Part shown: piece after piece, positions 1 through 13,108 of the stretch | Layout of the letters: every line of letters starts with the position of its first letter | How positions within the stretch are numbered: the stretch's first letter is position 1 | The notes under the pieces: generated by a model | Told to the model about the DNA's origin: nothing | Database searches by the model: none | The model's input: the letters and a program-made list of their open reading frames with translations, nothing else | Assembly (NCBI RefSeq): GCF_006345805.1 | Contig: NC_043001.1 | Coordinates: forward strand, 121,148,001-121,212,000 | Length of the DNA stretch: 64,000 bases | Reading direction: 5' to 3' | DNA from: Octopus sinensis | Lineage: Eukaryota | Position numbers and translations under genes: made by a program

Positions 1-36
1 CACACCACACACATATACACACGCACGCATGCACGC

Positions 37-71
<35 letters not shown>

Positions 72-84
72 GCACGCATGCACG

Positions 85-124
<40 letters not shown>

Positions 125-132
125 CATATATG

Positions 133-185
<53 letters not shown>

Positions 186-1923
186 TATATATATATATAT
201 ATATATATATCGGTATGTGTGTAATGTATATATGTATGTATAAATGTATATATATATATATATGTAGGTATATATAATAGCACCAGCAGTGAGTGGCCCT
301 GTGTAAACAGCTACAGATACACACATACACAAACACAGACATATGTAGATAAATGCATAAGCATACATACATGTGGATGTGGTTGTCTGTGTGTGTGTGT
401 GAGTGGGTTCATGTATATATTCATAGCATTCTATTCTCTTTTACCATAATAGTCAGTTCTGCTTTTCCAAGACATCATACATATCTTGTTTGTCATAACT
501 CATCCTCATCACCTTTATAATCATCGTTGTTATTGTCTCATCATCATCACTGTTGTTATTAGTCAGCATCCATAATCATTGTTGTTCAACATCAATATTT
601 ATATCATCAATAGCCTCTTCTTCCACAGCATCCTCATCATCATCACCACCACCATCATCATCATCCCCATCACCATAATCACTGCCATCATCCAAACCAT
701 CAACTACACTGTTCATTGTTTTTTGTTGCTCTTGTGGTTTTGTTTGTTTAGCCACAGGTCAGCCCTGATCCAGTAGAACTTATAATCAAAAGTGCTCCAG
801 TTGTGACCATCCCATCACATTTTTTTTATTAGGTATGGTGCAATCCAGGACCATATTATCTAATGTATTATTCTCCTCTATGAACACAGCATGGTTAAAT
901 GGTTAACATGTTCACTTTGCAATCACAAGGTCTTCGGTTAAATCCCACTGTGTAGTTGGTATCTTGAGCGAGTATCTCTTACCATAGTGTCAGGCTGATC
1001 CAGCCTGTGTGAAACTATTTCAGACAGAAAACACACACAAGCTCATCAGGCAGATTCTACCTTTCATTCAAGAGTCTGGCATTGTCACACACAGTGTTAT
1101 GCAAATTTTGCCTGAAGATTACATTAAAGGTACACATGTCTGTGGAATACTCGGCCACTTACTATGCACTGAACAACTGAATGTTAGTCATCAAATCTGA
1201 CAGATATCCATTTACTTTATTCTTTGCTAAGATGACTGTGTGTGATTTGAGGGCGATTTAACAGCTACTTCTACCAGCCTGTGCAATGACATAGAGGCTG
1301 TCTTGTTGGTTTGTTCATCACTCATAATGTAATTACTATTACTCATACTTTGTCATTCCAGTTAATTAGTAACCATCGTTGTCATTCAATGTATTTGCAC
1401 ATCCAATCATCTATTTTCATCCATCACTCAATTTTGTTTTTTATTGACATCCAAATTATTTGTTCATGCCAATCCTTTCCATTATTATTGATTAGATTAA
1501 GGTTTGAGCGTGCAGAACAGAATGCTTAACAGCATTTCATCCATCTTTACATTCTGAGTTCAAATCCCAGAGAGGTTGACGTTGTCTTTCATCCTTTTCT
1601 GATTAATAAAATAAGTATCAGTCGAGTAAAAGACTTCAGGTTTTGTACTTTTAGTAGAAAGGATTAGTATTGGTCAGATTCATTTCTTGTTCACTATCAC
1701 CTTTACTCTTTTACTTGTTTCAGTCATTTGACTGTGGCCATGCTGGAGCAATGCCTTTTGTCAAGCAAATCGACCCCCGGACTTATTCTTTGTATGCCTA
1801 GTACTTATTCTATCGGTCTCTTTTGCCGAACCACTAAGTTACAGGAATGTAACACACCAGCATCGGTTGTCATGCGATGTTGGGGGGACAAACACAGACA
1901 CACACACACACACACACACAGAT

Positions 1924-2014
<91 letters not shown>

Positions 2015-2017
2015 ATA

Positions 2018-2590
2018 ACAACAATTGAGGAACAGCTATAATAGGCCGTTCGACGCACTAGAAATAGCAGCCAGGGCTCCAACCACAAATAGTAGTTATT
2101 CCGAAATCAGAGGAAAAATTAAAAAAACATTTACCCTGTTCTTCTTTAGACAATGCATTGTTTCAGCGTTTTTTAATGGTAAGACAGCCTGATTAAATTA
2201 AATTAAACTTAATCAAGTCAATCTTCCAAAAGGCCAACGCACTCATCAGTAAAGGAGCCAGAAGGGACAGAAATTACATGAGGCAGCTACCTTCATGCCT
2301 CGGTAAAATTTTCAAAATCATCGTACTCGCGCCAACTTATCGGCAGCAAATATTAACTGCCGATTCAATTTCGGAATTAATCAGAAAATTATCAATTAAT
2401 CAATATTAGGGTAGCTGGTTTACCATTAAAAAATGCCGAAACAATGCATTGTCTAAAGAAGAACAGGGTAAATGTTTTTTTAATTTTTCCTCTGATTTCG
2501 GAATTACTACTATTTGCGGTTGGAGCCCTGGCTGCTTTTTCTAGTGGGTCGAACGGCCTATTATAGCTGTTCCTCAATTGTTGTTATATA
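2018..2590. mobile_element. Penelope-like pLTR-type inverted-repeat element embedded in (TA)n
   Basis: Arms of ~170 bp (about 2018-2185 and 2415-2590) are reverse complements. The left arm extends into the full hammerhead; the right arm is a truncated inverted copy. (TA)n on both sides. The PLE assignment is inferred from hammerhead plus inverted-truncated architecture. Confidence 0.6.
2144..2254 (-). ncRNA. Type I hammerhead ribozyme motif with extended stem II
   Basis: Minus strand: CUUUA-CUGAUGA-G(U)GCGUU...AACGCU-GAAA-CAAUGCAUUG-UC/UAAAG. Core intact, GUC triplet, stem I 5 bp. Confidence 0.8.
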
Positions 2591-3019
2591 TATATATTGT
2601 AGCCGTTCCTCAATTGTTGTTGAATTTATTCATAGTCTCTGACTATTTCCTCTTTCTCACTAGACCGCTGGTGGCAAAATAATTTCTACTGAATTTTTTG
2701 CTACCCTAATATTGATTAATATATATATATATATATATATAGATAGATAGATATACGGGTGTGTGTGATTGTGTATAGAAGAATATATTAATAAAAGGAA
2801 TTCCAACCTTGTCTGATTTTCACGTTTTATTTACAATCTTATAATGATATAATATAAGATAATATAATAGAATAAAATAAAATAAAATAATAGAATGTTA
2901 AATGTTCATTCTGATTGATCTAGTACTTTCATGCATTAAATCTTGCAATCTTCAGGTTCATGTAGTAGTGGTGACAGTCATGCTTCACAATTTTTGACTG
3001 TATATATATATATATATAT

Positions 3020-3417
3020 ACTAGCAGTATCGCCCGGCGTTGCTCGGGTTTGTAAGGGAAATAACTATATAAGCATTTTTAGAGAGTTATAGCAAAAAAT
3101 AGCAAAAAAATGCATTAAAAATGGGAAAAAAATGATGGTAAATTTTTTTTAAATCGTTGACTCATCGTAGACATTTTTAGAGAGTTACTTCCCTTATATA
3201 ATAGCGAAAAAATGCATTAAAAGGGAAAAAAATGATGGTAAATTATTTTTAAAATCGTAGACTCATCGTAGACACGCACTAATACCCAGAAGGACTCAAT
3301 ATGAATCACAACTATAAGATACCCGGTTTTGGTTAAACGGCACCGCAAAATGTGGGAGTAGTTAAGAATCTAAATCGTAGGAGACAGACACACAACTTGA
3401 CTTTTATATATAAAGAT
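3020..3417 (+). mobile_element. Non-autonomous Helitron/Helentron (HINE-like) element
   Basis: Begins TA|CTAG...GCCCGGCGTTGCTCGGG and ends GACAGACA...TTTTATATATAAAGAT, the typical HINE/DINE-1-like termini; internal ~80-bp duplication. Confidence 0.65.
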
Positions 3418-3920
3418 ATACACACACACATATATACGACAGGCTTCTTTCAGTTTCCGTCTACCAAATCTACTCACAAGGTTTTGGTCAGCCTGAAGCT
3501 ATAGTAGAAGACACTTGTCCAAGGTGCCATGTAGTGGGACTGAAACCGGAACCATGTGATTCATAAGCAAGCTACTTACCACACAGCCACTCCTACACCT
3601 ACTTTTGTTCATCATTCTTTTTTTTTTTTTACCATTTAGTCTAAGAAGCAAGAATAGTACCTATGCTCCATTTTAATTTTTCTGGAACTTACATTACGTA
3701 GGATGTTGCACAACAACATTTAAGCTCTGCTATTACAACCACATCTCATCATTCAAACACAAAAATAAGGAAAATGCAATATCACTTAGAAAGCTAACAT
3801 GGCAACTTAAGGAAAAAGACAGAATATGAGCTAAAATAGTCAATCCCAAGTTGAGCTAAACCATATAAAATAGGAAGTAGAAGTGAACTCTGCCTTCCAA
3901 ATACTTACATCAGAGAATAA

Positions 3921-3949
<29 letters not shown>

Positions 3950-3952
<3 letters not shown>

Positions 3953-6900
3953 TGGCACACTGAAAGGTAGGTCTGGCGAGATAGTCGAGATGCTTGAACG
4001 GAGATGTGTTGATGTATGTTGCATGCAAGAAATAAGGTGGAGAGGACGATCTGCTAGGTTCCTCACAGGCAAGGAACACAGGTACAAGATTTTCTGGGCA
4101 GGGAACACTGACGGGGTTGGTGGCGTGGGTATACTTATCGCTGAGAAATGGGTAGATAAAGTAATTGAGGTAATCAGAGTAAGTGACAGAATACTTAAGA
4201 TTAGAATAGTGCTTCATAATAGATTAGCAACCATTATATCAGCCTATGCCCCTCAGCCAGGGCTACCCGATGGACAGAAAGACAGTTTCTATGACACCCT
4301 ACTGCAGACCACCTCATTGATGAACGACAGGGACCTTCTCTTTCTGGCTGGTGATTTCAATGGGCATGTTGGACGACATGCTGGGGGCTTCCATGGCGTA
4401 CATGGAGGCTACGGTTATGGTTCCCACAACGAGGAGGGAACCAGGCTGCTGGAGTTCTGCGATGCGAATAGTCTTATGGTTTGCAACACTAACTTCAGGA
4501 AACCGACAAGCCACCTGGTCACCTACCGATCGGGCCGGCATACTAGCCAAATCGACTACATCCTTGCCAGAAAAAGGGAAAGATGGCTGCTTATAAATGC
4601 CAAAACCTTCCCAGGTGAAGAATGCACCCCACAACATAGACTGGTAGTTAGTGACTTTAGGATCAGGACTAAGAGGGCGACTAGAAGACGACCAACATGA
4701 AGAAGAAGGGTCTGGAAGCTTAAAGACCCTGCGAATGGACAGAGATTTAGAGACATGTACTTGAAGCCTTTGACGAAATGGAAGGGGGTATAGCTACGCA
4801 TGGGTAGAAGAAACTGGACGCTTCTGAGGGACAACCTGCTGAAAGCCACTGACCAGATCTGTGGCTGGTGCAAAGTCCCCTTAAGACCCAAAATAACGTG
4901 GTGGTGGAACAATATTGTTGACAGGGCTATTAGACAAAAGAAACAGGCTTGGAAGGCCTGGAAGAACGGTGGTAGCAGGGAAGTGTATCAGACTGCCAGA
5001 AGGGAAGCTAGGAGACAGGTCTATCTAGCCAGAGGGGAAGCAGATAAGAAAAAAAATTTGCCAATGTCCTGCGCCGTGAGGATGAAAGACTTGAGGTATT
5101 TTGTGTTGCAAGACAGTGTGTGAGAGAGAATTGTGACGTGGTAGGAGAGAAATGTGTTCGCAAGGATGACGGTTCACTTGCGCTAAATGAAGATGCAAAG
5201 AGAGAGGCTTGGAGACGCCACTATGAAAGGTTGCTGAATGAGGAAAATGAATGGGATAAAGAGAGTCTGCCGAATGTCGACCTAACAGAGGGACCAGCAA
5301 TCCGAGTTAACAGTTCCTTAGTAGTTAAGGCAATTAGAAGCATGAAAACAGGGAAAGCCCCAGGCCCATCAGGAATTACTGCAGAGATGCTCAAAATATC
5401 TGGTAGTGTCGGCTATAGCATAGTCACCCGTATAGTTAACCAGGTGATACACGAAGGAGTCATACCCAATGACTGGTGTAGCAGCATAATAGTCAACTGC
5501 TACAAAGGTAAAGGTGACGCCCTAGATACAAATAACTACAGGGGCATCAAGCTGCTGGATCAGGTAATGAAGGTTACGGAGAGGGTTATAGCCCAATTAA
5601 TTAGAGAGAGAGTTAGCTTAGATGATATGCAGTTTGGGTTCGTGCCAGGGAATAGTACTACTGATACTATATTCCTGGTAAGACAGCTGCAGGAGAAATA
5701 CCTACCCAAAGATAAGCCCTTGTACCTGGCTTTTGTTGACTTGGAGAAAGCCTTTGACAGGGTCCCCCGATCCCTTATCTGGTGGTCAATGAGGAAACTA
5801 GGGATAGATGAATGGTTAGTGAGAGCTGTGCGAGCCATGTACAGAGACGCTGCTAGTAAGGTGAGGGTTGGCAACGAGTACAGTGAAGAATTCCGGGTAG
5901 AGGTAGGGGTCCACCAAGGTTCAGTCCTCAGTCCCCTCCTATTTATCATAGTCCTCCAGGCAATAACGGAGGAATTCAAGACAGGATGCCCTTGGGAGCT
6001 CCTCTATGCTGATGACCTTGCTCTAATTGCTGAGTCACTATCAGAACTGGCAGAGAAGTTTCAGGTGTGGAAACAAGGATTAGAATCGAAGTGCCTTAGA
6101 ATCAACCTAGCCAAAACCAAAGTCCTAATAAGTAGGAAGGTGGACCAATCACAAACGACTTCAGGTAGATGGCCCTGCTCGATCTGTAAAAAAGGTGTAG
6201 GTAGAAACTCTATAAGGTGCACCAAGTGCAAGCTATGGACACATAAGAGGTGCAGCAATGTCAAAGGAAGGCTAACTAGGAAAATAGTTTTTGTCTGTGG
6301 CAGATGCTCAGGAGCAATAAACACTGGAAATGTGCAGAGACCAACTTCTACCACGTTCCAGGGAGACAAACTAGAAGTAGTTGATAGCTTCCGCTACCTA
6401 GGAGACCAAGTCAGTAGCGGGGGTGGGTGTGCTGAAAGTGTAACTGCTAGAGTAAGAATAGCCTGGGCAAAGTTTAGAGAGCTCTTACCCCTGCTGGTGA
6501 CAAAAGGGCTCTCGCTCAGAGTAAAAGGCAGACTGTATGATGCATGTGTACGTACAGCCATGCTACATGGTAGTGAAACATGGGCCGTGACTGCTGAGGA
6601 TATGCGTAAGCTCGCAACAAATGAAGCCAGTATGCTCCGATGGATGTGTAATGTCAGTGTTCATAATCGTCAGAGTGTAAGTACCTTGAGAGAAAAGTTG
6701 AACCTAAGAAGCATCAGTTGTGGTGTGCAAGAGAGACGGCTGTGCTGGTATGATCATGTGACGAGAATGGCTGAAGATAGTTGTGTGCAAAAGTGCTACA
6801 CCCTAGCAGTTGAGGGAACCTGTGGAAGAGGTAGACCCAGGAAAACCTGGGACGAGGTGGTGAAGCACGACCTTCGAACTTTAGGTCTCACCAAGGAAAT

Positions 6901-7068
6901 GACTAGAGACCGAGACCTATGGAAGTATGCTGTGCGTGAAAAGACCCGGCAGGACTAGTCAGGCCATAACCCATGGCCCCTACCTGGGACGTAGTCAGTC
7001 CACCTGTGCATATCTTCCTTCTTGTGACACTTGTGAAGACCTGTTGAGGCAAGTGAAAATCAAATCAC
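3950..7068 (+). mobile_element. RTE-clade LINE (APE-RT), near full length, disrupted
   Basis: APE motifs (GTLKGRS, MQE, YAPQ, GDFNGHVG, SQIDYIL, HRLVV); RT motifs (KAPGPSG, YRGIKL, FVDLEKAFDRV, QGSVLSPLLF, YADD, FRYLG); C-terminal GRGRPRKTW. Nonsense codon at 4698-4700 and frameshifts near 4760 and 5050-5120; (TA)n at both ends. Confidence 0.95.
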
Positions 7069-7071
7069 ACA

Positions 7072-7117
<46 letters not shown>

Positions 7118-8574
7118 TTAAGAAAGAACGGAATGGATTAAGTGGAGCAAGGGCACACACCAAAATGAAAAGTGTCACTGAAGAGGTCACAGATGGGTGA
7201 CGAAAGATTTTTAGACAATGGACATGAGTTAAAATAAACAAATAAGAACAGTAATAAACAAGTGAAGAACAAATATATAGCGTGTGTGTTTATTTGGTAA
7301 AAAAAAAATGAATGATCATCCCGAAATATAACAATATTAGAAATTTTAACCTTTGTTTAAAATTTAATCCATAATCCATTCAGTGGTCAAAATTTTAAAA
7401 CTCCTGTAATGAGTTTAATTTGAAATCATATGTGGCCTTTAATGTTATTTGAATTTAAACAACTTGTAATGAGGCACAAGAAGCCAGCACCATTTTTGAA
7501 CAAGATTTCTCCTGCAACCATTTGCCATGCACGAGACAACAACGAGATTCTTGCCAGCAACCAGTATTTCAGCAAGAAACCAGCGACATTCACTCTTCTC
7601 ACACCCAACACCGAGAAACCCTGTGAAGTCAGCAGCTTACAGCGAACTTTTGTCCCGCTCTGACTCCACATGCTTATCTCCAGGGGTAATGAATCTCATG
7701 TGTACAGAGCTAAGACAAACCACACGCTGCTATAAAGATGGCCACTGAGAGTGAACCACATGAACAAGAACTCTGTAAATAAACGGCTGTTGAATCGTAC
7801 TCTGCTTGTGAACTTCTTCTTCAAGTTCCAGATCCTAGAAACTACAAAAATAATTATAATGGGAAAAGGAGATACTCCACTGGTATCATAAACCTTCCAT
7901 TCCATTATAAACTCAACTTGACTTTATTCCATTTCAACTTCACATTTCTCAATCTATCTGTATTTCATATCCTAGCTAATCAAAGCTTTCTCAAGCCCTA
8001 AATCACAATATGATTACTACTGATATTTCATTCACTTTCTAATACAATTCTCTTACTATGTTTGATAGCACCAATGACCAAATATTAAAGCCTTAAGTTG
8101 GCCTTAAGTTGTGTAAATGGCCCATATCAAATTTCAACACATTTGGAGAATATCTAACCTAAAAACAATACAAATATGTTCCTGTGTGTTGACCTGACTA
8201 CAAACACTAATGTTTTATGACTGTCCTTTTCCCAAATTTTGCCCATCCTATACCCCACCTTCTATCAAGTGACCTTTTCCTTCTCTTCACCCATTTGTAA
8301 CCTGTTTTACTCTTTCTATCTATTCTACTTGTATTCCCCCCTCTCACCATGCCTGTACCATTCCTTTACTGTTCTGCTTTGTTATAACCAGAAACAGCTT
8401 CAAGTAAAATTGCATTCATTCTTGTATGTTGTTCAATTTTTCTCAACAGATCAATAGACCAACTGAGTAAAACTATCAATAACGTATCCATAATGACTTC
8501 TGGAAACAGTTGTAAGCCAAATCTGCTCTAATTAAGGAAAAATATGAATGACTGTTATTTATACCTTTTACTTG

Positions 8575-8835
8575 CATGCATGCATGTATGAGTGTGTGTG
8601 TGTGTGTGGGGAATGTATGTACATATGTATGTATATATGTATATATGCATGCATGCATGTATGAGTGTGTGTGTGTGTGGGGAATGTATGTACATATGTA
8701 TGTATATATGTATATATGCATGCATGCATGTATGTATGTATGTATGTATGTATGTATGTATGTATGTATGTATGTATGTATATATGTATGTATGTATGAA
8801 TGTATGTATGCATGTATGTATGAATGTATGTATAC
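8575..8835 (+). repeat. (TATG)n/(TG)n compound microsatellite with internal ~74-bp duplication
   Basis: GCATGCATGTATGAGTGTGTGTGTGTGTGGGGAATG... occurs twice. Confidence 0.9.
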
Positions 8836-9349
8836 AAGCTTCTTAACCACACAGTCATGTCTATATATATATATATATATAAGTATGCACACCATGTGTG
8901 AGTATGCACACACATGTGCGTTAGTGAGTGTGAGATTGTGTTTTCTGTCATCCTCATATGCATGCACTAACTGTAAACAACAATACAGGTAGTGTCCTTT
9001 TAATTTGCAGTCAACTGTAAACCCATGTCTGGGCTCTTTGACATGTTAGGACATGTTGCACGTTGTAAACAAAGGCTCATTCAAACAGTATCATCAGTTT
9101 CCAGTTTACCACATTCCCATGTCTGGGCTGTTCGTTGATTGTTTGATTGACTTAGAGATTGTTACCTTATTTGGAGACAAGTGAGGGTTAGCAACAAGAA
9201 GGACATCTAGCTCTAGAAAATCTATCTCAATGAATCCTGAATTCTGTCCAGCCCATGCAAACATGAAAAAATGGCTTTCAAAATGATGATGAAAATGAAG
9301 GTGATAATGATAATGATGATTTATTACACACACACAAAAAGACTAATCA

Positions 9350-10100
9350 TCATCATCATCATCGTCATCGTCGTCGTCGTCGTTTAACGTCTGCTTTCCA
9401 TGCTAGCATGGGTTGGACGATTTGACTGAGGACTGGCGAACCAGATGGCTGCACCAGGCTCCAATCTTGATCTGGCAGAGTTTCTACAGCTGGATGACCT
9501 TCCTAATGCCAACCACTCTGAGAGTGTAGTGCATGCTTTTACGTGCCACTGGCATGAGGTCCACTCAGGTGGTACTGGCAACGGCCACACTCAAATGGTG
9601 TTTTGTTTTTTACATGCCACCTGCACACTGGCACAAGTGCCAGTAAGGCAACGCTGGTAACGATCACACTTGAATGGTGCTTTTTACGTGCCACCAGCAT
9701 GAACGCCAGTTAGCCGCTCTGGCAACGATCACGCTCGGATGGTGGTCTTAGTGCTCCACTAGCAAGGATGCCAGTCATCAAATTTGATTTCGATTTCACT
9801 TGCCTCACTAGGTCTTTGGAAGCAGTGTCCAATGAAGGGAAGGTACGCATAAGTGGGCTGGTTACGCTCCTGGCATAGGCCACGAGGTTATGGTCTCATT
9901 TGGCTTGCCAGGTCTTCTCAAGCACAGCATATTTCCAAAAGTCTCATTCACTAGTCATTGCCTCAGTGAGGCCCAATGTTCGAAGGTCGTGCTTTACCAC
10001 TTCATCCCAGGTCTTCCTGGGTCTACCTCTTCCACAGGTTCCCTCAATCGCAAAGGTGTGGTACTTTTTCACACAGCTATCCTCATCCGTTCTCGCCACG
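9350..10100 (-). mobile_element. 3' fragment of the same RTE family with full 3' UTR and (GAT/GAC)n tail
   Basis: The reverse complement matches 6760-7060, then continues into a 3' UTR missing from the 3950 copy. Confidence 0.85.
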
Positions 10101-10499
10101 AAGAATCTGCACAGTTATTTCAAATTTTGAAGTGCATAATGAAAGACTCCAGGAATTACAACAAATACTATTTGAAAGACAATTTTCTCTTTTTCATGTG
10201 TGTGGTGGGGTGGAGGTTTGTGTGTGTGTGTGTTGTGTGTGTATTTGGTGTGTGTGTGTAGGTACATTGCTTAGTGGTTAGGGTATTGCACTTACAATTG
10301 CAAGTTTGTGGTTTCAGTTCCTGGATTGGGCAAAGCATATTTACACTGGCTGAGTAGCCTATCATTGCTGGACAATTTTCACAACAGAATGCCTTTATTT
10401 CAATTTCTTTTCTTCCATATCAGACTATGTTTTCCCAAACGAACACAACTCTTGATTTCTGCACTATTTACGCCAGTTTACAATATCTCAATAAACAAA

Positions 10500-10730
10500 G
10501 TGTTTGGTTTTTCCATTTGGTGAATCGATTTTACTGACTTCCTACTCTTGTACATCCAACAGAAAGCTGTTCATAGGTGAAGCAGGGCTCTTCAAGGTGT
10601 AAACTGGTAACCAAAAATGTTTGCCCTTGCAATCTATTCAGGGTCATGGCAAAACTAAGACTTACTGGAAATCAAAGTTATTTGAATTGAAATGAGACAT
10701 CTACTGAGTCTGTGCAACAGAGGCTTTTGC
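10500..10730 (-). mobile_element. Helitron PIF1-like helicase C-terminal relic
   Basis: DVSFQFK*L*FPVSLSFAMTLNRLQGQTF...LHLEEPCFTYEQLSVGCTRVGS matches the consensus FPxRLxFAMTINKSQGQT...F.HGQLYV.xSRV. Confidence 0.8.
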
Positions 10731-12900
10731 GTGTTTATCATCTAACTGATACATACTATGCTTGGAGAGTGACAGATAAAGAGAGAGGATCTTTTCTGTT
10801 GCTGTTACAGATTTTGAAATCTTAAAATTAAATGAAAATTTTCAAATTTGGTATATTGATATAAGTTTTCAAGCTGAATCTGATGTTGTGATTAATTTAT
10901 TCCAGAAAAATTCTAGAAAAATGTTACTGATATTCAAGGTTTGATTATTTTTACCCAATCAGAAAATAGGATTTGGAATCTAGCATTTTCTGTATGATAG
11001 CTGTCTATCTCAAAATGAAAGGAGACATAACAGTGATGAAATTTTAAACAAGATGAAAGCAATTGTCATATCAAGAGAGACGTGAGGAAAGCAGCATGTA
11101 TGAGACATATAGAGAAGAAAGTGCGATAGACAGGGTGGTAAATATATATATATCACCGTGATCACTGTGATCACCATGACCGACCAGGCTATCAAATGTT
11201 GCTACACATCGCTGGTCACAATACGCTTCACATTGTTTTAGCCTTCAAATGATGCCACCCCGCTGGCTAAGCGAGCAAGCCAATATATATATATATATAT
11301 TTATATGCATATATACACACAAGGTATTAGCAAAGAAAGTTGTAGGAAAACACCTGTTGCTACTGGATTAAGTTTTTTAAACATGTGAGAATGTATTCAT
11401 TTTCAGAGAATGAGAAGTAGTCAGAAGGAGAAGAGGAAAAAGGGAGAGTGCATGAGAGAGAAAGCATGGGTGAGAAAAGAAAGAGTGAGTGAGAGAGAAA
11501 GAGTGAGTGAAAAAGGAAGACTGGGTGGAAGAGAAGAAATAAAAAAAGGTGAATGAGAAGGAAGAGGTAAGTAGCAAAGCAAATTAAGAAGTAAAAAGAG
11601 ATAAGAGGAAAGAAAGAAATAGATCCAAACATTATCCATCCTTGTCAACATTATTGAACTGAATATTATTGACGAAGGCTGCTATTATTCTCTTCAAAAC
11701 ATTAGTGTTTAATATTATTTGTTATTAAATGGCCTAGATCCAACAAAACAGAATTATTTAGCTAACCTCATACTCAGGTGATGATTCACTGCTATTGATT
11801 AGAAGGACAGGTAAAATCTGTGAGATGTGATAGGTTACTTTGAACAGGAAAATGATTCAGATAATGTCACAACACAAAGCATCTCCATCACTTTCTATAA
11901 TGACTATTCAGTTATTTGATAAACTAAATTATCAGTTCACTGGATTCACCAACAAGTGGCTGAGTATTCCACAGACATATGCTCTTAATCCTTTCGTTAC
12001 CATATTTCTGCTGAGATACACTGGTTTTGTTTCAATTAATTTTGAAAATAATGAAGAATTTAGTAAAATAACTGTCATTATCAAACAGGTGTAAACCAGC
12101 CAGAACCATTCGAACACTGGACAAAGTGCTGAGTAGAATTTTATCTGCCTTTATGTTCTGAGTTCAAATTCCACTGAATTTTGCCCTTTATCCTTTGGGG
12201 ATCAATGAAATAAGTACCAATTGAGAACTGAGGTCGATATAATCAACTAATTCCTCTCCCAAATTTCAGGCCTTGTGTCTATAGAAAGAAGGATTATTAA
12301 ACTGGTGTTCGGAACATAAATTAACATGAAATTTTGATAGGGGGCTTTAATGTAGATTACTTTATAACAAAAAGATTGCATCAAAATCCAGAACCAGATT
12401 TAACAAGATACAATGTATAATAAGAATGGATCATTGAATTCCAGGTACATTCCATGCACAGAACTTCTCCGTAGTTCTCATCTATCCAATTTTATGTACA
12501 AAGGTCAAATGTATGGTCAATCTGAGATTATGGTGAAAAATATGCCCAACATGCTATGCAGTGAGACCAAGCCAGAGGCCTCATGATTGTGAAGGTAATT
12601 TCTTAACCATCCAACCGTGTTTTACCCACAAAACTCAGTAGCTTTTACAAAGAGGTTATCACTACTGCTTTACTGACTCACCTTTCTGTTGTGTAGTGGA
12701 ATTGAACCTAAAATTACACAGTTGGAAAGTGAAATTTTTAACTACATAACCAACGACATGGTCATCTGTAGTTGAGTGGGTCCATTTGAGAGTACACATA
12801 CACACACATGTGCACACATGTATATATATATACACACACATGTATATGTGTATATACGCATATATATATACACATATACATACATACATACATACATATA

Positions 12901-12932
<32 letters not shown>

Positions 12933-12935
12933 GTA

Positions 12936-13108
12936 GCACCCACTACACTCACGGAGTGGTTGGCATTAGGAAGGGCATCCAGCCGTAGAAACACTGCCAG
13001 ATCTGACTGGGCCTGATGAAGCCTTCCAGCTTTACAGACCCCAGTTGAACCGTCCAACCCATGCTAGCATGGAAAGCGGACGCTAAATGATGATGATGAT
13101 GATGATGA
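12936..13108 (+). mobile_element. RTE-tail short element
   Basis: GGAGTGGTTGGCATTAGGAAGGGCATCCAGC...CATGCTAGCATGGAAAGCGGACGCTAAATGATGATG, the same tail as 9380-9520 and 47620-47785. Confidence 0.75.

Larger units (their letters stand above)
1700..3600 (-). mobile_element. SINE split at its internal microsatellite (3' part 1700-1915, 5' head 3425-3600)
   Basis: The two halves match the intact copies at 47930-48295 and 49120-49485; the intervening 1.5 kb holds the hammerhead element and the HINE. Confidence 0.6.

Noticed and set aside
10660-10745. Possible minus-strand host exon ending in a GTAAGT donor
   Set aside because: Explained by the Helitron helicase relic (FPVSLSFAMT).
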